The notes under the pieces are model-generated. The model did no database searches. It worked only from the letters and a program-made list of their open reading frames with translations, and was not told the DNA's origin. Shown here in pieces: positions 48,185-64,000 of a stretch of DNA of 64,000 nucleotides (position 1 is its first letter; the number at the start of each line of letters is the position of its first letter). Location of the stretch: positions 3,447,190 through 3,511,189 of the forward strand of contig CBDEVZ010000008.1 in the NCBI GenBank assembly GCA_965243735.1, in the 5' to 3' direction. The stretch is from an uncultured Candidatus Binatia bacterium (GTDB lineage Bacteria; Desulfobacterota; Binatia; Bin18). Made by a program: the position numbers and the translations under genes.

Positions 48185-48667
48185 TCAGGCCTCGGCTTCA
48201 ACCCGGGCTGGCATGGCCGGAAAGAGTTGCGAGCGGTCCATTTTTCCCTGCCGGCTGAAAAACGACACATTGCCGTTCTCGTCGCACAGCCAGCACTCGC
48301 GGGCTCCCCCGGCAAAGTACAAGCTCCGTTTGTCGGCCATTTCTGCGTCAGAGTTGGCGGGAGATTGCATCTCGACACACACCTCGGGAGCCTCGACATA
48401 CGGCGTCGTGCCCCGGTTGCGTTGCAGAAACGCCTCAGACACCCATACTACGTCAGCCACTTTCACCCCTTTGGGTGTGTCTACCGAACATTCGGTCAGC
48501 ACCGTGCCGTCCGACATATGGCTCATCAGGTAGAAGGCGATTTTGGTTTGCAGGTTGCCGTGCCGATTGGAAGCCGGGCTCATGACGATATTTCCCCACT
48601 CGTTGAGTTCAATCTTGTACGGCAAATCCTGGAGCAGGCTGTCTTTGCAGACCTCATCCCACTTCAT
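48185..48667 (-). CDS. Uma2-family (PD-(D/E)XK) endonuclease-like protein
   Basis: IVMSPA..RH, VADVVW, APEVCVEMQSPAN, K..LYF..GA.E.WL. Confidence 0.88.
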   Translation of the reverse strand: MKWDEVCKDSLLQDLPYKIELNEWGNIVMSPASNRHGNLQTKIAFYLMSHMSDGTVLTECSVDTPKGVKVADVVWVSEAFLQRNRGTTPYVEAPEVCVEMQSPANSDAEMADKRSLYFAGGARECWLCDENGNVSFFSRQGKMDRSQLFPAMPARVEAEA

Positions 48668-48761
48668 ATCGATGCTCCTTCGATGCGTCGATCTATCCCG
48701 TCCCGTGCGACCTGCGCTTAAACCCCGCGCCGGGCCGCAACGACTCGGCTCGTCTCCTCGT

Positions 48762-51952
<3,191 letters not shown>

Positions 51953-53105
51953 CGATCCGTCGGTCGCGCAGGAATGGCCACTCCTGACGGACCGTCTCAA
52001 TGCGACCCAGGTCACACGAGACCACCAGGGTCTCTTCGTCCTCGGTTCCGGCGCTGGCCAGCACGCGGCCAAACGGGTCGCTGACAAACGAGGAGCCCCA
52101 GAACTGCAAGCCGCCCTCCGTGCCAACCCGGTTCACCGCCGCCACAAACACCCCGTTGGCAACTGCATGGCCGCGCTGGATTGTCTCCCAGGCGTGACGC
52201 TGCGCCTGGCGCTCTTCGGCGCATTCGGCGTGGTGCCAGCCGATCGCCGTTGGGTAGAACAGCAGCTGGGCTCCGCCCAGCGCGGTCAGGCGAGCAGCCT
52301 CGGGAAACCACTGATCCCAGCAGATCAGGACGCCGATCCGAGCGTAGCGGGTCGCAAACGTCTGAAAACCCAGATCGCCCGGGGTGAAATAGAACTTTTC
52401 GTAGTACAGCGGATCGTCCGGGATGTGCATCTTGCGGTAGGTGCCCAGCAGCCCGCCGTCGGCGTCGATGACCGCCACCGAGTTATGGAAGAGACCCGCC
52501 GCCCGCTTCTCAAAAATCGGCGCGATCAATACCACCTGACGGTCTCGCGCCACACGGCTGAGGGTCTCGGTTGTCGGTCCGGGAATCGGCTCGGCCAGCC
52601 GAAAACAGCTGGTATCCTCGCGCTGGCAAAAGTAGACCGAGCCAAAGAGTTCTTGCAGACACACAATCTGGGCGCCGCGCCGGGCGGCCATTTCGATGCG
52701 GCGCACCGCTGTGTCGAGGTTGGCGCCGGGTTCGTCTCCACACGTCATCTGGACCAGACCGACGCGGACTGCGACCGCACTGCTCTCCATGGGCCGTATT
52801 GTACGGAATCGGCTCAACAGGCTCAATGCTGGACGCGCCATGCCCGGAGGCCCGGATTTATCTTGACAGCGCCCAACAAAGGCGGTAGGGGTGGCTGCTC
52901 TTTGCCGAACAGCACGAGGTGGACTCCCTGCCTTGAAGACACGCACGACGCCCCCTGTTTCCGGACCAGCACCGAGCGGAAGGACTGCCCAGTCTTGTCG
53001 TTCCCCCCGCCTCCTCAAGCCATGTCGGCGTCCAGCGCTGAGCCTCCCGGTCGTATCCCCGATAGCGTGGAAGCAAGGTCCGTCGTCTCAAGAGGAAGTG
53101 TTGCC

Positions 53106-55082
53106 ATGACAGCGCATGCCCGCGATAGCCAGCCGGATCGGTTCTTACCCCCCCGAGCCGACATACGCCCGACGGTCATCCCCCCAGCGACTTTCGCTCC
53201 CAACGTGGTCGAGGAAAACCTTGACCGGTATGGGCTGCACAACTGGGGCGGGGAATATTTCTCGGTCAGCCGTGACGGCCACATTGTCCTGGCCTTTGGC
53301 CCGCCCCGCAACGTACCGGTAGCCGTGACACGGATCGTGGCCGAGCTGCACCGACGCGGTCTGTCGCCCCCCCTGGTGCTGCGCTTCCCCCAGATTCTGG
53401 ACGGCCAGATCAAGAAACTGGTCACGGCCTTTCGGACCGCGATCAAGGAGTTTGACTACAACGGCGACTATATTCCGGCCTACCCGCTCAAGGCCAATCA
53501 AAAAAAAGAGGTGGTCCAGGAAGTCGTACGCTGTGGCCGGCCCTACGACCTGGGCATCGAGGTTGGCAGCAAGGCCGAACTGACCCTGGCCCTCGCCCTG
53601 AGCCACAACCCACAGGCGCCGATCATCTGTAATGGGGTCAAAGACGAGGCATATCTGAGCCTCGCCCTGCGCGGCAAGCAGGTTGGACGGCGGGTCTTCA
53701 TTGTTCTGGAGACGCTGTCCGAACTCAGGCGGCTCGTCGAACTGAGTCAGCGGCTCGGCGTTCGTCCCCGGATCGGCCTGCGCCTCAAGCTGTCGACACG
53801 CGGCAGCGGCAAATGGGAAAAGTCGAGTGGCGACTTATCCAAGTTCGGCTTTACCACCACCGATCTGCTCAGAGGGCTCAGCTACCTGAACAACGCCGGC
53901 CTGGGCGACTGTCTCCAACTGCTGCATTTTCACATCGGCTCGCAGGTGACCGATATCAAACGCATCAAGGAGGCGGTCAAGGAGGCGGCGCGGACGTACG
54001 CCAAGCTGCGCAAGCTGTGTCCCCAACTCGACTACCTCGATGTCGGCGGCGGCCTGGGCATTGACTACGACGGCTCGCGCACCGCCTCGGAGTCGAGCGT
54101 CAATTACTCCGTTCAGGAGTACGCCAACGATATCGTCTACTCCATCAAGGAGGTGTGCGATAATGAGCATGTGCGGGAACCGACTATCGTGACCGAAAAT
54201 GGGCGGATGATCGCCGCTCCCCACGCCCTGCTGGTGTGTAATGTCATCAACGAGCTGACCCTGTTGAACGGCCCGATTCATGTGCCCGACCCGGACAGCC
54301 GGCCGCAGGTCATTCAAGAAATGTATGACATCTATACCGAGATCAACGCCGAAAACTACCGCGAGTACTACCACGACGTGATCGAACAGCGCGATGAGAT
54401 GTTCTCGCTGTTCAGCCTGGGTTATTTGTCCCTGGAAGACCGCGGGCTCGGCCAGGAGCTGTTCTGGGGGGTGTGCGAGCGGGCGCTCAAATTTGCCAAA
54501 CTGGCCAGGCATATGCCCGAAGAGTTTGAGGACCTGGAACGTCGTTTGGCCCGCAAGTTCATCTGTAATTTTTCTGTCTTCCAGTCCATCCCAGACTCGT
54601 GGGCCGTGGACCAGCTGTTTCCCATCATGCCCCTGCACCGGCTGGCCGAGATTCCCGACCGCAAGGGCTATTTGGCGGATTTGACGTGTGATTCGGACGG
54701 CAAGGTCGATCATTTCATCGACCTGCGGGATATCAAGGACTCGCTCGAACTCCACCCCCTCAACGGCCAGCCGTACTATCTGGGCGTCTTTTTCACCGGC
54801 GCCTATCAGGACGTGCTGGGCGACTACCACAATCTGTTCGGCCATGTCCACGACGCCTCGGTCGTCATTGACGACAGCGGCCAGCCGCGCATTACCAGCG
54901 CCGTGCCGGGCCAGAAGATCGAGGAGGTGCTCAGGGTGTTCGGCTATGAGCGCCACGAACTGCTCGAAAGCCTGCTGTGCCAGCCGGGCACCGATGGCGC
55001 GAAGCAGGAGTGGCGGGACCAGCTGATGCGCGAGTTTGAGGCCGCCCTGGGTAGCAATACCTATCCGACCCTGGAGGACTGA
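53106..55082 (+). other. speA: Biosynthetic arginine decarboxylase
   Basis: YPLKANQ (PLP lysine), HFHIGSQ, DVGGGLG, TCDSDG, GAYQ..LG..HNLFG. Confidence 0.95.
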
Positions 55083-55090
55083 CAGCGACC

Positions 55091-56074
55091 ATGGCCGAGA
55101 TTCTCGACGCGGCCGTCCCGAGCGCCATCCGACAGGCGGCCGCGTGTATACAGGCCGGCGGCGTGGTCGCCTTTCCGACCGAAACCGTCTACGGTCTCGG
55201 AGCTGACGCCCTGAATGAACGCGCCGTGGCCCAGGTCTTTGCCATCAAGCAGCGCCCGGCGTTCGATCCGCTGATTGTGCATATTGCCCAGGTCGATGCC
55301 GTGCCGCGCTACGCGTCTGGGATCGACGGTCGGGCGAGGATGCTGATGCAGCGCTGCTGGCCCGGTCCCCTGACCCTGGTGCTGCCCAAACAGCCCGTCA
55401 TTCCAGACCTGGTCACCGCCGGGCTCGGCACGGTCGGTCTGCGCATGCCGGCCCATCCGGTCGCCCTCAGCCTGCTCCGCGCCGCAGGGACACCGATTGC
55501 CGCTCCGAGCGCCAACCCGTTCGGCTATGTGAGCCCGACCACAGCCCAGCACGTACAGGATACGCTGGGAGAGAAAATCGAGCTGATTCTGGACGGCGGC
55601 CCGTGCCCGGTCGGGCTTGAGTCCACGGTGTGTGCGCTGAGCAGCGAGGAGGCGGTAGTCTTGCGACCGGGCGGGCTGAGCGTGGAGGAGATAGAAGCCC
55701 TGATCGGTCCGGTTCGCCTGCCCTCTTCCACTGACGCTGATCCGCGCTCGCCCGGCACCCTGCCACAGCACTACGCGCCGCGTGTTCGGCTGACCCTGCT
55801 CGCTCCCGGCCAGGCCATTCCTCAACCGTCTCCCCAGGAACGGGTCGGCTTACTCAGCTTCAGACCCGTCCCGCTAGCCGCAGCCTACACCCACCAGGAA
55901 GCCTTATCGGCTGAGGGCGATGTGCTCGAAGCGGCGGCCAATCTGTTTGCCGCCCTCCACCGCTTTGACCGGCTTGGTCTTGACCGCCTCGTGGTCGAGG
56001 CCGTCCCTGAACAGGGGCTCGGACGGGCGATCATGGACCGCCTGCGCCGAGCCGCAGCTCGCGGCGCGGACTGA
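55091..56074 (+). CDS. sua5: L-threonylcarbamoyladenylate synthase (Sua5 type)
   Basis: FPTETVYGLGA, PLIVH, APSAN, and SUA5 C-terminal domain (PG...HYAP). Confidence 0.93.
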   Translation: MAEILDAAVPSAIRQAAACIQAGGVVAFPTETVYGLGADALNERAVAQVFAIKQRPAFDPLIVHIAQVDAVPRYASGIDGRARMLMQRCWPGPLTLVLPKQPVIPDLVTAGLGTVGLRMPAHPVALSLLRAAGTPIAAPSANPFGYVSPTTAQHVQDTLGEKIELILDGGPCPVGLESTVCALSSEEAVVLRPGGLSVEEIEALIGPVRLPSSTDADPRSPGTLPQHYAPRVRLTLLAPGQAIPQPSPQERVGLLSFRPVPLAAAYTHQEALSAEGDVLEAAANLFAALHRFDRLGLDRLVVEAVPEQGLGRAIMDRLRRAAARGAD

Positions 56075-56160
56075 CATCTGCTCCACAAGCAGCCATTTGT
56101 CCGCTTGAATAGTCAGGCTGATCGGGACACTATAGCAACCGAAGAACAAGGAGGCAGCGT

Positions 56161-57018
56161 ATGGACTTTGAAACCTTGGCGACCGGCTATGGCCTGCTGG
56201 AGGGGCCCCGCACCGATGATCAGAACCGGCTCTACTTCAGCGATGTCCGCGGGGGTGGCGTCTTTCGCCGCAGTCCGAACGGCCAGATTGAGACGCTGAT
56301 CCCGAAAGACCGCAAGGCGGTCGGCGGTATCGCCCTGAACGAGGGTGGCGGCATGCTCGTCACCGGCCTGTCGCTCGCCCGGTGGGACGAACACAGCGGC
56401 CAGGTCACGGAGATCTTCGGCGACTGGGACGGGAAGCCGCTGTTCGGCCTGAACGATCTGACCATTGATGACCAGGGGAGCATCTGGGTCGGTTCGTTTG
56501 GCTGCGACATCAATAAGTTTGATTTCAAGAGCACGCCGCCGCCGGGTTCCCTGTTTCGGGTCGATCCATCGGGACAGGTGACACATCTGTGGGAAGGGGT
56601 TGAGGTCACAAACGGGCTCGGCTTCAGCGCGGATCGCAGCCTGCTCTACCACTGTGACTCCACCACCCGCGCGGTCTGGGTGTACGAGGTGCGCGCCGAC
56701 CGAACGGTCAGCGACCGCCGGCTGTTTGCCAAGCTGCCCGACGGCATGCCCGACGGCATGACGGTTGATGTCGAGGGCGGCGTGTGGGTGGCGGTGGTGG
56801 CCGGCTCGGGCGAGGTCGTGCGGTTCAAGCCGGACGGCACGCTAGATCAGCGGATCAACATCCCGGCAAAAACCATCACCAGTGTAGCCTTCGGCGGTCC
56901 TGATATGTGTGACCTGTACGTGGTGACCGCCAACAACGATCAGCGCGATCTCAAGGGCACGGTGTTCCGCGCCCGCTCGGACATTCCCGGCCTGCCGGTG
57001 CCCAAGGCCAAGTTCTGA
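56161..57018 (+). CDS. SMP-30/gluconolactonase family protein
   Basis: LEGP, NDLTID, NGLGFS, PDGMTVD, FGG. Confidence 0.9.
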   Translation: MDFETLATGYGLLEGPRTDDQNRLYFSDVRGGGVFRRSPNGQIETLIPKDRKAVGGIALNEGGGMLVTGLSLARWDEHSGQVTEIFGDWDGKPLFGLNDLTIDDQGSIWVGSFGCDINKFDFKSTPPPGSLFRVDPSGQVTHLWEGVEVTNGLGFSADRSLLYHCDSTTRAVWVYEVRADRTVSDRRLFAKLPDGMPDGMTVDVEGGVWVAVVAGSGEVVRFKPDGTLDQRINIPAKTITSVAFGGPDMCDLYVVTANNDQRDLKGTVFRARSDIPGLPVPKAKF

Positions 57019-57063
57019 GGGGAGCCGTCAACCCTGCTCGAACTGAGGGAAGGGGTCAGGACC

Positions 57064-57213
57064 ATGATCGTGAACAGCGCTCTTTCACCGGATTCCAAGA
57101 AACTGGCTCAGTTGAAGCAAGCCGTTCACGATCCTCTGTTTCTTGCCGACTTAGAGGAAACTATGGGGCTATTCGCTGAAGCGGATTCCGAGTGGTGGGA
57201 GTCAGAAAAGTGA
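57064..57213 (+). CDS. 49-aa putative antitoxin (orphan)
   Basis: Manual translation MIVNSALSPDSKKLAQLKQAVHDPLFLADLEETMGLFAEADSEWWESEK*; AGGA RBS; a GTGA-overlapping stub follows. Confidence 0.5.
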   Translation: MIVNSALSPDSKKLAQLKQAVHDPLFLADLEETMGLFAEADSEWWESEK

Positions 57214-57249
57214 TCTATCCCTGGAAATCTGACTCGTTTCGCACCAGAG

Positions 57250-58578
57250 CTAGCGCCCGACCCGCCCGGCCACGAGGCGGACTTTCCTGGGCGCGACCAT
57301 CCACATGCTGATGATGGACACCCCGCACAGCCCGATCGCCAGCCAAAACGCCGGAGCGTAGGTCCCGGTTTGATCGTACACCAGGCCGGTCAGCCACGGC
57401 CCGACTGCGGCTCCGAGGCTGCCGGCGACACTCAGCGTTCCGTAGATTGTGCCGTAGTGCCTGCTTTGGAAAATTTCGACCGCCACCGCCCCATATACGG
57501 CCGAGACGCCGTAGCCCAACAAGCCCTGGGCTGCGACCATGCTGTATAACAACACGTGGCTGGGCTGGTCATGCATGACCAGCAGCAGGACATAACACAG
57601 GCCAAAGCCCGACAGGCTCAGCGTCCAGACCCACTCACGGCCGATCCGGTCGGACAAAAATCCCAGACCGATCTGACCGGCGCTGCCGGTCAGGCCAACC
57701 AAACCGAGCGCATAGGCGGCCAGCTGAGGGGAAAACCCGATGTCGTCCAAATACTTGGTCTGATGGACCTGGACCGCGTACCAGGCGTACAGACAGGTTG
57801 CCATGGCCAGCGCCAACCACCAGAACCGCGCGGTCCGGACGGCCAAGGCCAAGGTCCAGTCCGTCGCAGCCCAGGCGTGATCGACAATGGTATCGGCCCG
57901 GCCGGGCGCAGCCTGAGACGCGTCCGCGCCCGCCTCTCCATCAGGTGCCAGACCGAGATCTTCCGGCCGTCGACGCTGCAAGATGCTGTTCAGCGGGACA
58001 ACCGTCACAAACAGCACCAGCGCCATGATCCAACACGCGTCACGCCAGCCAACGCGAGTGATCGTGTCTTGCAGCCAGGGAAAGAGGATGATCGAACCGA
58101 CCCCTGCGCCAGCGAAGGTAATGCCCAGGGCCAAGCCCCGTTTGCGGGCAAACCAGTAGGGCACGAACAGAGAATGCCCCAGGTAGCTGATGAACATGCT
58201 GCCCCCGCCGACAAACAGACCAAAGGCCAGATACAGGTGCCACGGCTGGGTGATAGAGGTGGTCAGGATCAGCCCGATACTGACCATACCGGCCCCGGCC
58301 GGCAGGATAAGCCGTGGCCCAAGGCGATCCATCAGGAAGCCAATCATCGGCGAGTAGAGCGTGGCGGCAACAAAGCCAAAGGAAAAGGCTGCTGCGGTGC
58401 TGCTCCGGTCCCAGCCGAACTCGGTCAGAATAGGCGGAAACAACAGCGAGAAGGCGGTCCGCGTGTTCACCCCAATGGCCATGGTGACGAAGGCGACCGC
58501 CACCACCACCCAGCCGTAGAAAAAGGGCAGGCGGGTGTGGAGCAGGGACGGCCCCGAGGGCGAGAGCGGGGGTGCCAT
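57250..58578 (-). CDS. MFS transporter
   Basis: FYGWVVV, GFLMDRLGPR, GFLSDRIGR, about 12 TM segments. Confidence 0.92.
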   Translation of the reverse strand: MAPPLSPSGPSLLHTRLPFFYGWVVVAVAFVTMAIGVNTRTAFSLLFPPILTEFGWDRSSTAAAFSFGFVAATLYSPMIGFLMDRLGPRLILPAGAGMVSIGLILTTSITQPWHLYLAFGLFVGGGSMFISYLGHSLFVPYWFARKRGLALGITFAGAGVGSIILFPWLQDTITRVGWRDACWIMALVLFVTVVPLNSILQRRRPEDLGLAPDGEAGADASQAAPGRADTIVDHAWAATDWTLALAVRTARFWWLALAMATCLYAWYAVQVHQTKYLDDIGFSPQLAAYALGLVGLTGSAGQIGLGFLSDRIGREWVWTLSLSGFGLCYVLLLVMHDQPSHVLLYSMVAAQGLLGYGVSAVYGAVAVEIFQSRHYGTIYGTLSVAGSLGAAVGPWLTGLVYDQTGTYAPAFWLAIGLCGVSIISMWMVAPRKVRLVAGRVGR

Positions 58579-58707
58579 GCGAGATTTTTCTAGCTCAGAA
58601 AAAAGCCGAGGCGGCGTTAGCGGAATATTTTTGGGAGGCGCGGCTTCAGGCCGTTTCTCGGCCCTTTCCGGCTGGAGGCTGGAGAGCAGACCGCGTGGGA
58701 GAACGTC

Positions 58708-59358
58708 CTAGCGCAAGAGAGCCAGCTGCCTGTTCGATACGGGCGCGGATTGGGAGTGATTCGAGTATGTCGTCCATGTCGGCGTGTAGTCTTTCGATTG
58801 ATTACCCCAGGTAAACCAGCCTTGCCTGGCGCCACGTGCGAAGAGTTCGAGAAACGGGCCGGGACTGCACGCCTCGATGATGGGGTACTGTTCGTCAGGC
58901 TTGCGACTGTGTTCTCTCTTCCTGGACAGGATGATATTTTCCTGGCTTCTACCGGGCGCTAAGGTCCGGGCGTGTTTTCCCCGCACGCCAAAGAGCAGCA
59001 TCTCGGTGACGTTTCGGAAATAGAACCCTACCCCTCTTCTGTCGGGTCCGCCGTCCTGCCTGACCTTGTACCAGATCAGGTTTGTTTTGTACTGGAACCC
59101 CCAGCTTCGCATGACCTGTAAGCCCTCCGGCAATAAGGCGTTGGGCACCCACAGATAGAGGTGAGCGGTCTCCTCTACCACGTCCTGAACGGGCAGATCC
59201 TCAATCTCCGCTAATGTCAGCGTCGGATAGCGCGCCAGCCGTTTGTGCTCCGGGGCGACCTTACCGGTCTTGTTCTGAAACCGCCACGGTGGATCGGCAA
59301 GCACGGTGGCGAACTTCCTGGCACCCACCTCTTGTCTGAAGTCTTCGGCCGCGCTCAT
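58708..59358 (-). CDS. MT-A70-family adenine methyltransferase
   Basis: ADPPW, LYLWVPN, EHSRKP, LELFAR. Confidence 0.9.
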   Translation of the reverse strand: MSAAEDFRQEVGARKFATVLADPPWRFQNKTGKVAPEHKRLARYPTLTLAEIEDLPVQDVVEETAHLYLWVPNALLPEGLQVMRSWGFQYKTNLIWYKVRQDGGPDRRGVGFYFRNVTEMLLFGVRGKHARTLAPGRSQENIILSRKREHSRKPDEQYPIIEACSPGPFLELFARGARQGWFTWGNQSKDYTPTWTTYSNHSQSAPVSNRQLALLR

Positions 59359-59948
59359 TCGTCATCCTCCACAAAGAGTTTCTTCGAGATTCCGAATATC
59401 AATAACGGGCAGCCCGCCCCACCACCCCCTCTGATTCGAGGGAGTAGCTTGCTCATGTGCGTCGTTGAAGCTCCGTATGAGACGCCTCTTCCGAGCTGGT
59501 TGAAGATGTCCTGAAGATCATCGCACCTGGTAATGATAGCGCCTACGCTGATCGCCCTGAGATCAAACAATAGCCTGAAGTTGTTCAAATCTCGATCGTA
59601 GAAAGGGTCTTTGTTGTTCCACTCAATCTCTAATGCTATCCGGTCGCGGAAACAATCAACTTTGTGCGTTGGCGTATGCGTTTCGTTCCCATCTACAACG
59701 ACCTGAGTGAGAAATTCCTTTTCAGTCCATCCGCGTTTATACAGATAGTCATCTATGTATCCTGAAACCTTCGACTTTCTTCCGCCCGGCTTTGTGATCC
59801 AGCTCTTCTTCAGTCGGAAGTCTGTCAGCAGCGACACAATGTCGTTCCATTCTTTGGGGAAATCTTCCTTCAGGATAGCGCAGGCATGCTTCCACTCATG
59901 CACTTCATAGTGTTCTCGGATAAAGGCCGGAAGCAGATCGGTGCTCAC
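59355..59948 (-). CDS. BglII/BstYI-family type II restriction endonuclease
   Basis: HKVDC...ALEIEWNNK.PFYDRDL catalytic pattern; 4-nt overlap with the MTase gene. Confidence 0.8.
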   Translation of the reverse strand: MSTDLLPAFIREHYEVHEWKHACAILKEDFPKEWNDIVSLLTDFRLKKSWITKPGGRKSKVSGYIDDYLYKRGWTEKEFLTQVVVDGNETHTPTHKVDCFRDRIALEIEWNNKDPFYDRDLNNFRLLFDLRAISVGAIITRCDDLQDIFNQLGRGVSYGASTTHMSKLLPRIRGGGGAGCPLLIFGISKKLFVEDDE

Positions 59949-60064
59949 TCGTTTTCTCTCTCCTGAGCCGGTTCCGTGCCGAAGGGTTCGAGAGGATGAG
60001 GCTGCGGAGAGGTCGCCTGCCCTCTCCGCTGTCGTTAGGGGTAGGGGCTGGGATGTGACGGCTA

Positions 60065-62293
<2,229 letters not shown>

Positions 62294-62448
62294 ATGTCGT
62301 CCTTTCCTGCATGTCTGGAAGCCTGGACCGGGGCGCATCACGGTTCTGAGCGGATTGCAAAGCGCGCCCGAAGATAGTAGACAGGGGGGAACTTTTGCAA
62401 CCCGGTCGAAGGTATCCTATCGGAATCATTTTGGAAAGCCGCTTGACT

Positions 62449-63507
62449 ATGAATCCCGCACTCCGCTGCTGGCCCGTCCTGTGTGTACTGACCGCTCTGC
62501 TCGGCTGCACCCGTGAGATCGAAGAGGTGCCGCTCAGCAACCGGCTGATGACGGTGGCCGATAAGTTTTTTGATGTCGCGGCCATCTCGGTCGAAAAAGC
62601 GGTCGTGGTCGGCTATGGGGGAAAAATTCTGGTGACCGCCGACGGCGGGAAAACCTGGCAGCAGAAGGACAGCGGCACCGACCTGGCCCTGTATGATGTC
62701 GAGTTTCCCGACGCCCAAACCGGCTGGATCAGCGGCCAGGACGGGCTGCTGCTCAAGAGCGAAGACGGCGGCGAAACCTGGCAATCCCAAGACAGCGGGG
62801 CTGCGGTTTCCCTGCTGTCCCTCCAGTTTCTGGATCTCGATCACGGCTGGGCGGTTGGCGCCCAAGCCACCTATGTGCGCACGACCGACGGCGGCCAGTC
62901 GTGGGAATCCGACTATATCGAGCCCTCCCTGGAGGGTGTGGACATCAACGCCACCCTGGCCCTGTCGGATCCCAATCTCTACGATGTCCACTTCGTTGAT
63001 GCCCAGACCGGTTGGATGGTTGGGGAATTTGGCAAGATCTTTTACTCGACCGACGGCGGCCAGAGCTGGACCGAGCAGCAGAACAGCCTCTTGGGCCAGG
63101 CCGGCATTGACGACGCCCTGAACTTTCCGACCTTTTTCGGTGCGTATTTCACCTCGGCCCAGGAGGGCATCGCCGTCGGCCTGGAAGGCAAGATCGCGAT
63201 GACGACCGACGGCGGCCAGCAGTGGACGTTTCTAGCCGATACCGCCTCGGAAACCGCGCCGCTCTTCACCCCGATCCTGTTCGACGACGGTCGGGGCTGG
63301 ATCGTCGGCGCCTCGGGGCGCATCTACCAGCGCCAGGCCGGGGAAGACGGTCCCACCTGGCAACGCGCCAGCTTTGGCATGCCGACCGTGACCTGGCTGC
63401 GGGCGATTGATTTTGCGGACGACCAGCACGGCTGGATTGTGGGCGGCTTTGGGACGGTCATGCGAACCTCGAACGGCGGCCAGACGTGGTTGCCCAGTCT
63501 TGGCTAG
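62449..63507 (+). CDS. YCF48-like BNR-repeat beta-propeller lipoprotein
   Basis: LLGC lipobox; repeated T.DGG.(T/S)W Asp boxes. Confidence 0.85.
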   Translation: MNPALRCWPVLCVLTALLGCTREIEEVPLSNRLMTVADKFFDVAAISVEKAVVVGYGGKILVTADGGKTWQQKDSGTDLALYDVEFPDAQTGWISGQDGLLLKSEDGGETWQSQDSGAAVSLLSLQFLDLDHGWAVGAQATYVRTTDGGQSWESDYIEPSLEGVDINATLALSDPNLYDVHFVDAQTGWMVGEFGKIFYSTDGGQSWTEQQNSLLGQAGIDDALNFPTFFGAYFTSAQEGIAVGLEGKIAMTTDGGQQWTFLADTASETAPLFTPILFDDGRGWIVGASGRIYQRQAGEDGPTWQRASFGMPTVTWLRAIDFADDQHGWIVGGFGTVMRTSNGGQTWLPSLG

Positions 63508-63549
63508 GACGCTGCGACAAGCCCGGCGCGAACACGGAGTAGACACGGC

Positions 63550-64000
63550 ATGGCAGATTCTTCGGCCTTTGATATTGCGGATAAAGTGACGATTATTACC
63601 GGCGGCGGGACGGGGATTGGCGCCGAGATTGCGGCCGAGTTCTGCCGCCGCAGGGCCAAAGTCCTGATCACCAGCCGGACGATGGATCACCTCGGTCCGG
63701 TGGCCGACGGCATCCGTAACGAGGGGGGCACGGTCGATGCGATTGTATGCGACGTGCGCGACAACGATCAGGTCGAAGCCGTGGTCAACCGAGCCGTGGC
63801 CAACTGGGGGCGGGTCGATGTGCTGATCAACAACGCCGGAGCCAGCTTTGTGGCCCACGCCCACGATATTTCACCCAACGGGTTTCGGGCCATTGTCGAT
63901 ATCAACCTCAACGGCACCTTTCTGTTTTCCCGGACCGTGGCGCGCCTCATGATGGATAAAGACAGCGGCGGCAGCATCATCAACATCTCGTCCGACGCGG
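63550..64000 (+). CDS. Short-chain dehydrogenase/reductase (partial, runs off the window edge)
   Basis: Manual translation MADSSAFDIADKVTIITGGGTGIG...DVLINNAG...IINISS. Confidence 0.9.
   Translation, partial: MADSSAFDIADKVTIITGGGTGIGAEIAAEFCRRRAKVLITSRTMDHLGPVADGIRNEGGTVDAIVCDVRDNDQVEAVVNRAVANWGRVDVLINNAGASFVAHAHDISPNGFRAIVDINLNGTFLFSRTVARLMMDKDSGGSIINISSDA

Overview
GC-rich bacterial chromosome segment; the gene set and style suggest a deltaproteobacteria/Binatota-like organism (inference, not verified). 1-19.5 kb: ABC-transporter-dependent (Wzm/Wzt) surface-glycan locus on the minus strand with six glycosyltransferase genes, two of them GT fusions. It also holds an acyltransferase between wzt and wzm and an oppositely oriented three-gene cassette (YLDPGSGS micro-protein, NoeA-like kinase/methyltransferase, sulfatase-fold membrane enzyme). 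20-32 kb: a secreted acidic S-layer-like protein, a decaying hotspot of small coiled-coil membrane genes plus a toxin-antitoxin (TA) module, and a partial type II secretion (T2SS) cluster (gspF-G-L-M-C?-D). 32-64 kb: mostly housekeeping, including a stand-alone 5S rRNA, three tRNAs, yacG, lpxA, purBSQLF, nadB, pgsA, polA, ligA, speA/aguBA, Sua5 and monomeric IDH, with small inserts (hicAB, Uma2, an orphan antitoxin, and a BglII-like REase with an MT-A70 MTase). Intergenic DNA carries several families of palindromic mini-elements nested inside one another. No CRISPR array, integrase or transposase is visible. All calls are motif recognition by eye; no searches were run.
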